From NCBI GenBank assembly GCA_905178155.1, contig CAJINV010000014.1:1691984-1755983 (forward strand): a stretch of 64,000 nt of DNA. Reading direction: 5' to 3'. The translations under genes were made by a program, and so were the position numbers. The notes under the pieces are model-generated. The model was not told the origin of the DNA. It did no database searches and saw nothing but the letters and a program-made list of their open reading frames with translations. Origin of the DNA: Amoebophrya sp. A120 (Eukaryota; Protista; Dinoflagellata). Below are positions 48,801 to 59,918 of the stretch, piece by piece; the first letter of the stretch is position 1, and each line of letters opens with the position of its first letter.

Positions 48801-51037
48801 TTCCCGATCCGGACGATGATGAGCCGCTGCCCGAAGAAGAAGTGCCACTCGTCGCTGCAGCTCCCGCTGTTGCAAGCATCTTCTGAATCACCGGCGATTC
48901 GTTTTTCGACCTTTCCAACACAGTGGAAAAACAGATCCCAAAAGTCTGCAGCTCAGACGTCGATAGGTACTCACTATTATCACAATCGTGGCTGTGGAAC
49001 CAAGAAAACACCTTCAATCTGTTTGCGTTGGTGATGTCCAGCATTACCGCGTTTGGATCTGCCGCCGGGACGGAGCCGGCAAAGCCAGCCGGTGTGGTCG
49101 TCGTCGTCGCGGGGGCGTAGAGAACCGGGATTCCGAGCTGCTCAAGGAGGTAGGACCCGACCAGGTCCTTGTGGCAACTGTATCTTTTCTCCGGGTTGCA
49201 GACGTCTAGCAACGATTTGTACATCAAATGCGAGTACTCCAACTTCGCGTCATCCAGCGCCTCCGCTGCGATTGTCAACAAATAATCCGTCCGCATGCAA
49301 CTCCCCGTAACACTGCTCGCACACGTCGCGTTTGCCGGCGCGGGTTTCGGAGTAGCTTTTGGATCAGGTAAAAGCCCTGTTGGTAGAACCTCTCCGGCCG
49401 GAAGCAAGGTTTCGCAAATCGACGTTGTATCGTGACACAGATGTATTGATCTGTGCAGTGCCAGCGGCGTGTCCGGCGTCACGGGTCCGTAGCCGGTTGT
49501 TTGACTTTCTTGCGACTGCAGCAATTTCGTCTGCACGGTGACGTTCGTGTAGTTGAAAATCAACATTCCCCCCATCGCGGTCGCGAACTTCACCAACAAA
49601 CTGCTGGTCGCGAAATTCTGCTTCTGTTCGCTCACTGTCGCAGAAGCGACAACAGTGGTCGACGGTAGACTGTTTCCCTGCCCGAGATGCCCTACACCGG
49701 AGACGAAATAATTTCCGAACATATCCATTTGCTTCTTCACAGACACGATTTCTTTCAGCGTCACCGGGCCTTGCAAAGTCGGGATAAGGAAGGACTGCAC
49801 GTTCTGCAGCTCATGTTCCGTCATATCGTAGACACAATTCAACAATTCCTCGTATCCCTGACAAGTCCGGATCGCCTGCGCCAGCTGGATCCTCCCGCCA
49901 TTGTTCACGTCTTCCAACTCTCCGGTGGCCATTTTGGTATTGGTGATTTCTGTCGTCTTTGCTTTCACTGCCTGGAGCTGGCGTCTTTTGAAGTGTTCTA
50001 CTGAAAATTTTTGTGGTTCTTCATCCGCACTTTCGTACTCCACGGACACACTAGAACCTCCAACTACTGCAGCGCTTCCGCTTTCTCCTCCTGCTGCTGC
50101 ACTCCTGCTGCTTTCCAAGAGTCGCCTTCTTTCCCGGATAAACCCGGTGCTTTCTGTGCTCGTCTTTCCATCATCGGCGAGGAAAACCGGTTTGAAGTTT
50201 TTCGTGTACTCGTTCGCCAACAACCCAGAAATAAACGAAACCGCCGCCATCAGGACGATGACGACGAAAGTTAAGTACAGAATCTGGCGGAGGAAGATAC
50301 CCTCCCATCGAAGGCGTTTTTCCGCCTCGGCGGCGAGGGCTAGCTCGGAGACGGAAACGGCACCCGTGTTCTCCGGGTCCCAGAGCTTGAGGACGGTTTT
50401 TACCTGATAGATAAACAAAGGGAGAGTTGATAAGTCGTACAAGGGTCAATTACTACATGCACAGCTTCTAACATGCCACATCATGCACGATGCAAGTGGC
50501 GTTGGTGCTGGCGGGCCACAACCACGAGCCAACAGCAGCAAACGGAAACGCCGAGTATTTCTAGGAAAACCTGCGCGCATGTTATACCTTTTCTGGAAAG
50601 CTGTTGTAGTCCAAATCGGCGGAGTTGTTCTTCACAGCGAGTTTCATTTCCGCCAAGCGCTGCAACATTTCCTCTAGTTCTTCGCGATCCAACCCATCGC
50701 CATCTTCGTCCAATTTGTTCAAACTATCAACTGTAAAAGTGTCTGGGTCTGGAAGAATCCAACTTGTCATGCTGATTTTGGATTCTTTATTGCATGAGCA
50801 GCAAAGAGAGTCCAAGTTTTGCTACACGGAAAGAGCATCTGTCATGCGGTTGAGGCATCAGGAAGCCCTCACAAAATCTGTGATGCTAGGGCATGCATCA
50901 CAGACATCAGGAGTCTTCATGCAAAATGTGCATAACTGGCAATCTTCCAGACCCAGACATTTTTACATTTGATACAAACTGGACTTCAGCCATTCCGGAG
51001 CGTGCAGCTCCGCAATGTTCACCGCGGCTAAGGACAT
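36802..51037 (-). CDS. Giant EF-hand-like/Cys-rich single-pass membrane protein (~3590 aa; 14 TIR elements + 3 GT-AG introns)
   Basis: gccaccATG start at 51037; TM helix ILYLTFVVIVLMAAVSFISGLLA; loops DLDRNGYISEQEF, DVNNDQCLEQLEF and DPENTGAVSVSEL; GT-AG introns 50404-50587, 40506-40707 and ~39932-40220; spliced length 10767 nt is divisible by 3. Confidence 0.82.
37340..37555. mobile_element. TIR introner, family F (216 bp)
   Basis: Perfect 21-bp TIR tatgagagtgcacaactcccc; TSD TAGTC; joins YIET|TLGKQ. Confidence 0.95.
37603..37752. mobile_element. TIR introner, family B (150 bp)
   Basis: TSD TTAGC; joins NTLL|TMCYN. Confidence 0.93.
37805..37959. mobile_element. TIR introner, family C (155 bp)
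   Basis: Flanks TTGCA/TTGTA; reverse-orientation relative of 42578-42736; frame restored. Confidence 0.9.
37999..38149. mobile_element. TIR introner, family B (151 bp)
   Basis: TSD TGGTC; joins SPWT|SISNQW. Confidence 0.95.
38252..38405. mobile_element. TIR introner, family B-like (154 bp)
   Basis: Flanks GAAGT/GAACT; joins AAQF|AGSAT. Confidence 0.9.
38535..38714. mobile_element. TIR introner, family B-like, reversed orientation (180 bp)
   Basis: tatgcaatgcaaaag...tttgcaagggata; flanks GCTCC/GATCC; frame restored. Confidence 0.88.
38766..38927. mobile_element. TIR introner, family B (162 bp)
   Basis: TSD AATGC; joins FSRH|FTFYN. Confidence 0.95.
39033..39338. mobile_element. TIR introner, family A (306 bp)
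   Basis: Long TIR; TSD GGTCG; joins TNAT|LSADV. Confidence 0.95.
39397..39546. mobile_element. TIR introner, family B (150 bp)
   Basis: Flanks TGGAG/TGGCG; joins ATVA|TSPTS. Confidence 0.92.
42578..42736. mobile_element. TIR introner, family C (159 bp)
   Basis: aaatttcccgtaca TIR; TSD TTTGC; joins QQAQ|TLNPH. Confidence 0.95.
42958..43262. mobile_element. TIR introner, family A variant (305 bp)
   Basis: tatgaaa-cctcagaat TIR; TSD CAGCA; joins GSSAV|ITADM. Confidence 0.95.
43452..43687. mobile_element. TIR introner (236 bp) with tandem subterminal repeats
   Basis: ~40-bp TIR containing two ctcaactgttacat units; TSD CAACT; joins LTEL|ILTTY. Confidence 0.95.
46275..46424. mobile_element. TIR introner, family B (150 bp)
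   Basis: TSD TATGC; joins HLKH|TSVRNY, linking the 1347-aa and 872-aa ORFs. Confidence 0.95.
50725..50974. mobile_element. TIR introner, family D (250 bp)
   Basis: TSD CAAAC; joins LKSSL|NKLDED. Confidence 0.95.
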
Positions 51038-52119
51038 GGTGGCGCGTTATTATATCTACGCTGTATATAACACTCCACCTCCCGTTTGAAGCTGCTGCCT
51101 TCAAGAGCTAGCCGAGTAGTTCCTCAGTGGGGCCGCGGTCGGTCTCCTGTGTGAAATTCGACGACGGGCATATTCTTGGGCAGCTCCCCGCCCATTCTGA
51201 GCACCACGCGGCACACAGTCATTGCGACAACTTGGACGTCGGGCGATCGACCATCATCTTGCCACAACTTTTCAGCACCATAATACCTGGTGCTGTTTTT
51301 TTCGGCTGAGAAATACGAGCCAGGGAGCAGCAGCTGATTCTGTACTTAAGATGCCACTGCAAACACACTCGCGCACGCTCACTCAAGCTGGGTGGGTCAA
51401 CAACTCGCTGGCACCGGCACGCAAGCTGCTTGATAATATCCACCTCAGACTTCCTCGTGATTATTTCGCTCATGCATGCTGCTCCTCCCCCTGTTTAGAC
51501 GCTGGAATGAAGGTAATTCAATACCTTTTTGGAAAGAAAAACGCAACTCTCGTCAATGTGCTTGGGGGAACTCAGACGCAGCTGGAACTGAAGACCGATT
51601 GCGCCACCTGCACCTGCAACTCAGCTGAAGACCATCGAAGAAATCTCCTGTGTGCCGACAGGACGATGAAAAAATGAGAGTGGAATTCCATCTCGAAGAT
51701 GGTGCTACAAAAAAATCATTCAAGTGGATCTTTGCAGACAAGTCGCAACGGATATAAAAAAAAACTTTAGCAGGCCATGGTCTTTTTGAAGTGATGGCCG
51801 TCAGTCAGCGCAAGAACTTCTCCTTTACAGCTAGATCTTCCTACTGCTCTTCATCAAGAAATAAATCACCTCAACAATGATAATAAAAGAAGGTAGTTTT
51901 TTAGTGGTTTCTGGTTTCTCGCAGCTTCGCCTTCTTTTTGCTGGCTGCTAACTACCTGCTTACTTCCAGCAGCTTCGCTCCATCTTCAGTATCTACGGAT
52001 TGTTTCTCGACGACAGAATGGGTCTATGCGGAATGGAACTAGACGATCCTCCTCAGTGTATCATAGTGCACTAATCATATTGGGGTGCATATAGTGGGTC
52101 TCGAAGGTCTCTGCTTCCC

Positions 52120-53004
52120 TTATCGTCTGCGTTCTACCTTCTTCTCATTTTTACTAGAAGAAGACGCGACTTCTGCTTTGCCACTGCCTTTGCTTCTACT
52201 TCCCGCTGCTGGCTTCCCCGAGGCCGCTGCGAGTCGTTGCGGCTGGTGTCCAGGAAAGGCGCCCGCAGCTCTTTTGCTCGAGAAGAAGGCTCCGTCTGAG
52301 GAGGCGGGAGAAGAGGACGCAGTCACCGGCGGCGGTGGCAGTACGTTGCTTCTAGTAGACGCTGTCACTGGCGGCTGTCGCCCAGGAAGGACGTTCAACT
52401 TGCTGCCAGAACTGCTACCGCTCTGCGGCGCGGCTTGGGGAGGGAGCATCATCCGCGGGGCGTCTGTGGAAGCAGCTGTAGCCGCGACATTCGCATTTTT
52501 TCCAGCACCACGGTCCTGGTCTCTCTTGCCCCTAGTCTGGTTGCGCGACCGCGACCTGCGCCGCGAGCGTGACCTGCGGCGATCACCTCGGTGGAAGTCC
52601 CGCCGGCCGCCTTCGTTGCCGCGTTGGTTGGTGCTTCTGCTGTTGTCCTTGTTACCTGCGTCTCCTGCTCGCCCTTTCTGGTCCCGGCTGCTCACGTTGT
52701 TTGCCACCGCCGGCGCTGGGTGCCGGACGTCAGGAGAGGATGCCGGCGGACCGGAAGACGATTCCTTCGACGACGCGCCCCGACGCGAAGGCGCGGAATT
52801 ATTCAGGTTTCCCCTGGCCGCGTCCGTCTGCCTCGTCTGCTGTTGCTCGGGGAGCCTCTTCCTGGTGGGTCTGAAATCCACGTCCTCCATCTGGACAATC
52901 GGGCCCACGACGATGCCTTCTGCGCTTCGCTTGTGTCCATAATGCTGGTGCCCAACGTTTGCTCGAACGAGATTTGCTGACGCGAAGTTGCCCTGGTGGT
53001 CCAA
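52120..53004 (-). CDS. Hypothetical low-complexity R/S/P-rich protein (~294 aa; start uncertain)
   Basis: Long ORF with an RS tract (RRRSRSRRRSRSR), on the same strand as neighbours. Confidence 0.6.
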   Translation of the reverse strand: MDHQGNFASANLVRANVGHQHYGHKRSAEGIVVGPIVQMEDVDFRPTRKRLPEQQQTRQTDAARGNLNNSAPSRRGASSKESSSGPPASSPDVRHPAPAVANNVSSRDQKGRAGDAGNKDNSRSTNQRGNEGGRRDFHRGDRRRSRSRRRSRSRNQTRGKRDQDRGAGKNANVAATAASTDAPRMMLPPQAAPQSGSSSGSKLNVLPGRQPPVTASTRSNVLPPPPVTASSSPASSDGAFFSSKRAAGAFPGHQPQRLAAASGKPAAGSRSKGSGKAEVASSSSKNEKKVERRR

Positions 53005-53255
53005 AATTGGAGCCCAACCCTTCTGTCCGGCGTTGCTGTAGTGAAATTATCATGTTGGAGGGAAATGAAGATGGGATCAAAAGAAAACTATGTCCCAATG
53101 ATGATGAACAAGATTAAGATTATAACAGAGGCCACGCTTACTATGAAGTGCTTTTGAGTATTCGTTAACGCGAGAAATAGATCTTGGGCGACAGCATCGC
53201 AAAATAAAACCTTTCATCTTGTTCAAAAATTACATTCACGACTGCTCTGTACTGC

Positions 53256-56200
53256 TCACATTGCGAAAAGAACAAGAGACTCTTGAAGAGCTCGAAACTC
53301 AGAAAAGCAATACGGGTGCGTAAAGTCTCGGATTTCCCAGCGCACGAGGAAGATGTCCGTGCTCCCACCACCCAGGTCCGACTGTCCCGGCCAGGTGACC
53401 CAATACAGCGGAAAAGGCTTGCCCCACGACCGGCCATCTTCGAACGGCTTCAACTTCTCCGCCGAAGCCTGCATCTCCTGCAGAATAGTTAACGTGCGCG
53501 GCTGCAGAAAGACACCAAACAAACCGTCCTCAATTGCGTCCTCCAGCATCGGATAGCCCTTCATGGCCTCGCGGGATCTCCGGGGGTTTTCCCGTTCCGC
53601 AAATTCCCAGGAGCGCGTAGTGACATACGGCCGGAAATCCGCATACTCCCCCGGCTCGCGGTACTCCAGCAGATGCCAACTGCCATCAGGGTCTCGGACA
53701 TAGCGGCGCCCTTGCGCATGAAACACCTTCAGGTGGCTGCAGGTCTCCGTCAAGAAACGCGGATTGGCTGTATCAATGCGAAAAGCTAATGCTGTGGCGC
53801 CCTCCTGGCGGCCCGGAAGTTGACAAATCTAAATCACATACTGAAAAAGATCGCTCACACAAGTACAAAAAAATTTTCCTCGCAACTAAACTGCAAATCA
53901 AGAATATGCAAGCTCTGCGCCGGTGCTTGTTGATCCAAAGTGAACGAGAGCAATTATTGCCAGACACATCGAACAAAAAATATGCAAAGACCGAGAGCCG
54001 TGCTATGCCCATGTCCAGGGCGCCAGGAGTCCCACCAGACATCTCCTTCTTTTGATACGTTTCGGCAAACAAGGCGGCGTAGCCCTCTACTTTCTGCTGG
54101 CGTGCGGCGACTGCCTTCTGGTGCTCTGCGAGTTGGGTCGCGAGCTGCTTCCCAGAACTATCCATAAAATCCAACTCTGCCTTCATCGCGTTCATCTTGG
54201 AAACGTGTTGCGCTTTTCGTTGCCGCAGCTGCTCCCCCTGGTTCTTCTCCAAGCGCTCCAGCTCCGCTTCGCCGGCTTCGAGTCGCTCCTTCCGCTCACG
54301 CTGGCTGTTCGCTTGCTGCGCCACATCTGCAGTGAGGCGCGCGAGGTTTTCCTTTTGCTCTTCCAGAGGCTTTAAAAATTCCTCGAGCTCCCGTTGCTGC
54401 TGGACTTTTGCGCGGTACTGCTTGCGCACTTCCTCCAGCTTCTCTCTCTCCTCCAGGACCTCTCGGTGGACGGCGTCGAGCTGCATCTGCTCTTTCTTAT
54501 CGAGGAAAAAAAAGCCATCCACATCCATTATTTTGATGCTTTTTTACATAAAAAGACTAAACACGTTTTTCAAAAAAATTTCAGGTTTGTCAGGAATGGG
54601 CTCCAGCAAATATCCGCGCCAAAGTGATCTAGCCAAAGTGGCGCCATGATCAGGCGCACTAGGAAAGTATTAAATTAGCTAGGCCCAAAGCAGAACACTC
54701 GCCGCTCGTGGCGGGTCGCAGATTTCGCACAAGTCCTCCTCGCAGGCGCAGATCGCCGCCGGCCCCATACATGGGGCAAACGGGGGTCAACTTGGCGGGG
54801 CCATCCTTCTCCGGGTTCTGTACTTGGTCGCGCGGCGTATCTCCATTGGGCGTAGCTAGCTCAAAAACAAAATCGCTGAGCGATACTAGGCGCCATCGGC
54901 GCCACTAGCTAGCTGTATGAGTTAGATAGATTGCTTCACGTGCATCATGCGAGAAAAAAGTTAGAGGCGCTTTTTATTTTATTGCTGTTTTTTCGTGATT
55001 TTTTGCCCCAAAAAAAGTAGCAAAGTGAATGCGGATTGGTTTTTTTTTCCTGGATATTTCTCGATCTTCTTATACAGCTTCTCGCTCTGCTGGTCTCGGG
55101 CCTTCTGCCGGTGGGCCATGTCTTTTTCGATCTCCTTGCTGGCTTTCTCTGCCTCGATGCGCTTCTTTTTCACCTCCTCCCGCGTGGCCGTCAGCAACGC
55201 CTCCTCCTTAGCGGTTTCCGCGTCGATGGTCTTTCGAATCTCGTCAAGGTGCGCCTTTGCCTTATTTCCATGCGCCAACTTTTTCTCGGTGAGGAGTTTC
55301 GTAAGCCGGGTTTTGTCCTCTTCCACATCTCTCTCGTACTTGGCCTGCATCTCCTTCTCCTTTTTCGCCTTCTTGTCGGCGAGCTTAGCCGCGAAGGCTT
55401 GCTTCAGCTCGGCGTATTTTTTGTTCGCTTTCGCCTTCTGCTGCTTCGTCAGCTGCGCGAGCACCTCGTCGAAGGTCCACTTCTTGTCCTTGCGGTGTCC
55501 TCTTCGGGCCGGGGCGTTGGGTTCCTGCGCGACGTTAAGATCCTCCTCTTCGTCCGGTAGGAGCCGCTCGCCCTCGCTGTCGGTCGAGCCGGTTTCGATG
55601 TAGTGCTCATCCTATCAAATGCAAAAGCTTGGAACTTGTGATGCTGTCTCTGGATTCGAAAAAAATTTGTATTGCGTGACCAGTGAGAGGAGTAGATTTT
55701 GTGCTCCGCGGAGATGGCATGTGTCCTGCGAAGTAGGCATGACGAGGAAGCGCTCTAAAAATCTGTGATGCTAGGCCATACATTCCAGGCATTATGGATC
55801 ATGCAAAATATGCATGACAAGTCTTGCAATCTCACAGACCCAGACATTTTTGCATTTGATACATCCTCCGCAAACAACTCGTTGTCGCCCACCGTTTCCT
55901 CCTCATCGATGACGATCAGAGCCTCCAGCTTTTTATCCTTCGCCCGCTCCGCCGCCTCCTTTGCCCGCAGCCGCGCCTCCTGCTCCAACCGGATCCGCTC
56001 CTCTGCTTCTTCTTGTTCCGCCTTCGCGATCATTTTTTCCACAAACGGAAGCAGCGCCACCGTGCCCCCCGGAAACTCGCGGCGGACGACTCGCAGCGTG
56101 AACAACTCCGCGGCTTCCCACATCGCTTGCGTCAGCGCTTTTGCACTCATTCCGTGCTGGGAGGCGTAGCGCCGCCAGAACGCCTTCGTCTTCTCCTCCA

Positions 56201-58776
56201 GGGCCGCGAGGTCCAGGTCGTCACCGGGTTCCAAGTCCATCTCAAGGTCGAAGTAGTCGGCGTGGTCCTTGTCCAGATCGCAGCTTTCCACGTCCCGTCG
56301 CCTTCTGCGCGGCTCTTCTTGAGCAGGAGCTGGGGCCTGTTCTACTTGCCGAGCTTCTACGTCCACCACCAGCCCGATGTCATGATCTCGTTCCAACTTC
56401 TGCTGTTGTTGTTGTTCCAAAAGCGGTTTATTATTCCCGATCGCTCCTTGTCCTTCTGCAGCTTGCGCAAACTCCATTCCCGACCGGGGACTTCTGATCT
56501 TCAGGGGTCGCCCTGAGGATGCACCTCCGACCGCTGGCGAAGACCTTTCGGCTAAGCGTGGCCCTGCTTGTTCGCCAGTCTGCTCTTTCTGCTCTCCGGA
56601 AGCGGATTCTTCCGGCGACGGGTCGTAGTGGAACGCGGGCGGAACCTATCCTGAGAAAAAAGTGCTACAGCTACACACTGTGACGCTGCAGACCAAGCAA
56701 AAGAGACAACCTCCGTCAACATCATGCAGGATAGGCGTACTAGAAGCCTTGTTTCATACGTGTTTTACCTTAAGATCTCCACCGCATTGCAAGCTTTCTC
56801 TCTCAGGCACAGAACATTCGTGATGCTGAAACTCCAAAAAACGTATGGCTGTAGCACTTTTTTTCTTGCATAGAACCGCCTGGCCCTTTTCCTCGTTCTC
56901 GTCCACGACGCGCTGATTCGGCGTTCGGGCCCCGTCATCGTCCGAGTTGTACCCGAGGAGCTCCTCTCCGTGAAACAAGTCTCCGCGGCCTTCGTCCTCG
57001 TTTGCTTTACTTCTTTTCCCGCCCTCGGGAGTCAAATTCGCAACGTCATCAAATATAGACATACCTCCTGGCCCCATGCCCATCATGTCATCAATTATAG
57101 ACACACCTCCCGGAAAATCGTCATCGCTATCCCGGTATCCTGAGAAAGAACGTCCACAACCGACTAAATCTGTCATGCAAATTGGAACTATCTGCATGGG
57201 CATCATGCTACTCATGGACGTCTCTCATGCACAGCTGCCGCTGCATGAGAAGCATTTTGAAAATGCTATATAAGGGCATATAATGAAAATTCCACTATCA
57301 TACTTATGAGGGCATCTCGCAATTAGTCACACAGTTTCAACTTGTTCCAATACATAGGGTTCAGGACAAGGTGCGCAATTTGTATGCTCGTATTTGTGCT
57401 GCATCGTAATGCATAGCCAAGAACGACTAATGCACTACGTATGTCATGCTGATGCGAAGTTCACAAGCACAAAGCTTCTGGATTCATTTAGCTAGCGTGA
57501 TGAAAAAAGGGCGCCGACGTTTTTACACAGGATACGTCAACAATAATTTCATTCTCGCTTTCGGATGCAGAGACCTGGTTACTTTTATCCCGGCTCGGTG
57601 CCGCTGCTCTGCTCGCTGCGCGTGCCGCCGACATTTGCTGGCTCCGTAGCTGCTGCTCGGTCATGAAAAGCTCCTGGTCGTAGCAAAATTTTGCGAAGTG
57701 CGCCGCATGGGTATTCGGCGCACTGTCCTTGTCCCTTTTCGCGGCTGGCTGGAAGCCTGCGGCCGGAGCTGCAGACGAAGAAGCTGCACGGTTGAAAATG
57801 TTCGCACTGCTCGAGGAAGACGCTGCTCTGTCGGCCTTTGCCTGGACAGCCGCCGGGTTGAAGTTGAAGTTGGCCAACTTCGACCGCTTCTTTTCTTTTT
57901 TCCCCTCCTCCGCATAGTCGTCTTCGCTGTCATCGCCGACATTATTCAGACCGAGATCGATACTCCGCGATGCTTTGTCGTTGCTGTGGTCCTGTCGAAA
58001 GATGATATGCGCGTCGTCTTTGCTTTTTCCCTCCATCCGGCGCCACTGCTTGCCCTGGTGCAGCCGGTCCAGGAAGGACTCGATCTTGATCATGTTGCCT
58101 TGATTCTGGATGTGCTCCCACAAGCGGGCGTCTTCGTGCTTCAGCGCTAGTCGTTTGCACAGTTTGAATTTGTGCCGGTCCTGTACGTCAATTTTTCGGT
58201 AGATCACCCGACCGGAGCCGTCGCTTTTGATCCGGGCCAAAAAACGATGGGACACGGAACCTGTGCCGTCACCGAAACGCGCGCACCTGTAGTAGTGTTC
58301 GAGCCGTTCGATTTTGGATGAAAGCGCAAACGCATGATACACTTTTCATGATCACGAGGAGAGGAATCTTCAGAACCAGCTGCGACTGAAAATAGTGAGA
58401 GTGACAGCGTCGCAGACAATGAGATTTCCACACGCGTGCTCTATTTCGATACTACGGCTACGGACATCGCGAGAAAAATTCAAATTGGTACTATGTTGGG
58501 CGGACTGTTCTAGTTATTATCTCATATAATTCGAACGCGTAAGCGTAACGAATCTACTGAAGGAGGCTCTAAGTAGTACAAGTTGTGGACGACGATCCAG
58601 TCCGTGTAGCCTCCGAAGGACACCCGGGAGCCGCGGTTGATGGGCTTGACGCTCCTCCTTTTCCTGAGGCCCATCGGGCGCCTCCTCCGCCCCGCTCCAG
58701 CACCCTCGACGGCGGAGTCCGACGTGTAAGCGTCATCGGAGGAAGATGACTCCGCAACAGCTGGTCGCTTTGACAT
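53256..58776 (-). CDS. Hypothetical acidic/coiled-coil protein (~1160 aa; 5 TIR elements + 1 decayed non-canonical intron ~58289-58578)
   Basis: Seven ORF pieces chain in frame; spliced length 3492 nt; long K/E-rich heptad regions. Confidence 0.75.
53771..54057. mobile_element. Decayed TIR introner, family D-like
   Basis: tatcaa...ccagacatctccttcttttgata; flanks GGCTG/CGTTT; joins FAET|NPRFL. Confidence 0.72.
54498..55056. mobile_element. TIR introner (559 bp), ends like 12201-12309
   Basis: tatc-aggaaaaaaaa-cca TIR; TSD TTTCT; joins KIEK|EQMQL. Confidence 0.92.
55613..55861. mobile_element. TIR introner, family D (249 bp)
   Basis: TSD CATCC; joins FAED|EHYIE. Confidence 0.94.
56647..56872. 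mobile_element. TIR introner (226 bp)
   Basis: gaaaaaagtgctacagc TIR; TSD GAACC; joins GQAV|PPAFH. Confidence 0.93.
57136..57534. mobile_element. TIR introner, family E, TSD decayed (399 bp)
   Basis: tatcctg-g-aa-aacgtc TIR; flanks CCCGG/CGTCA; removal of element+5 nt joins IIVD|DSDDDF. Confidence 0.75.
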
Positions 58777-59918
58777 AATTTTCGAGGACGAGGCACTAGG
58801 CTCAATATCAGAAACGAGATAAATCAAAAGTGCCAAAAAAAAGTTGGCAGATAGCTAGGTCTTCAAAAAGTATCTTTATGGGTCTACTTTCTCAGTAGCA
58901 GCACCGTCTGGCTGGCACTCCACTCAGTGCAGAAGTGCATTGGAGTTCGTCGCTCTTTATTTCTCATATACCGCTCAATCTTTTTCTCTGTTGAGGTTCG
59001 CGTTTTTGTTTACAGTTCATACAGTGTATAGATCAGCGTCGGGATCAACGGCAGCTAGGTAGTTCCTTCATATGGATCCACGACTGTTTTTCCTTTTCTC
59101 AGGCTGCCGCACCTCGTCAAGGCGCAACCACTGGCACTGAAAATAGAAGAGCACTTTTGTTGCTTAAAAATATTTCGCGAACGCGTTAAGCTTGAAGCGC
59201 CAGCTTTGCGCCAAGTAGCTTTCTAGGATCAGGGTGGTCTTAGATCAGCAATGGAATAGCTCGACTGCCTCTGATTGCCTTCTAAAAGGTAAGGACATTG
59301 GTTCGGCGCGCGTGACCATGTGGAACTCGAACGAAGCCTGGATTTGATCTGGAAATGGGCTACTTCTCGTCTGATTGTTTTCAAGAGAGCAGGGCCCAGC
59401 TGATGGCACATGTTTTTCCTCATCTTATTTTCGCATTCCTCGTCGCTATCTCTGAAAAGAGTCTCGTCATGCGGATTCCACCATTCAATATAAATCAAAA
59501 CTACGCCAAAAAACAAAAGAAAGAACCCGAAATACACATGCCAAAACGCAACCGAATCTGTACGAGCTGCTTGGCGTCCGAAGCCAAAACTTTGCTGGCT
59601 TTGCTTTGCCCAGCAGCTGCTCTGGCGCTGGCGTCGTCGGTCGTCCCATGTTGGAAAAGAAAAAAAAAGGAAAAAAAATGAAAGGTATGTGAGTCTTTAT
59701 CTTTAATTTCTCCCATTGCTACTTTCGCTTCGACCGCGCGGGCGTACTTTTTGGGAAAAGAAAAGTAAAAGAGCTGCGTTTGATTCAAATAAAGGACTGC
59801 GATCTTGTTCAGCGCAGTGTCTACATTGATGCTTCCTAGGCTTTTGTGTTCGTGTAAAGTTTTTTTATTCCGATTATTTATTGAAAAAAAAACTCTGACT
59901 TGACTTGCGCGCACCCCT

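Noticed and set aside
36802-51037. Several separate genes or a pseudogene cluster
   Set aside because: All pieces join in one open frame under a single removal rule, with no stops or frameshifts in exons
51219-51741. Small ORFs on both strands between genes
   Set aside because: No motif, codon bias or consistent exon chain could be established
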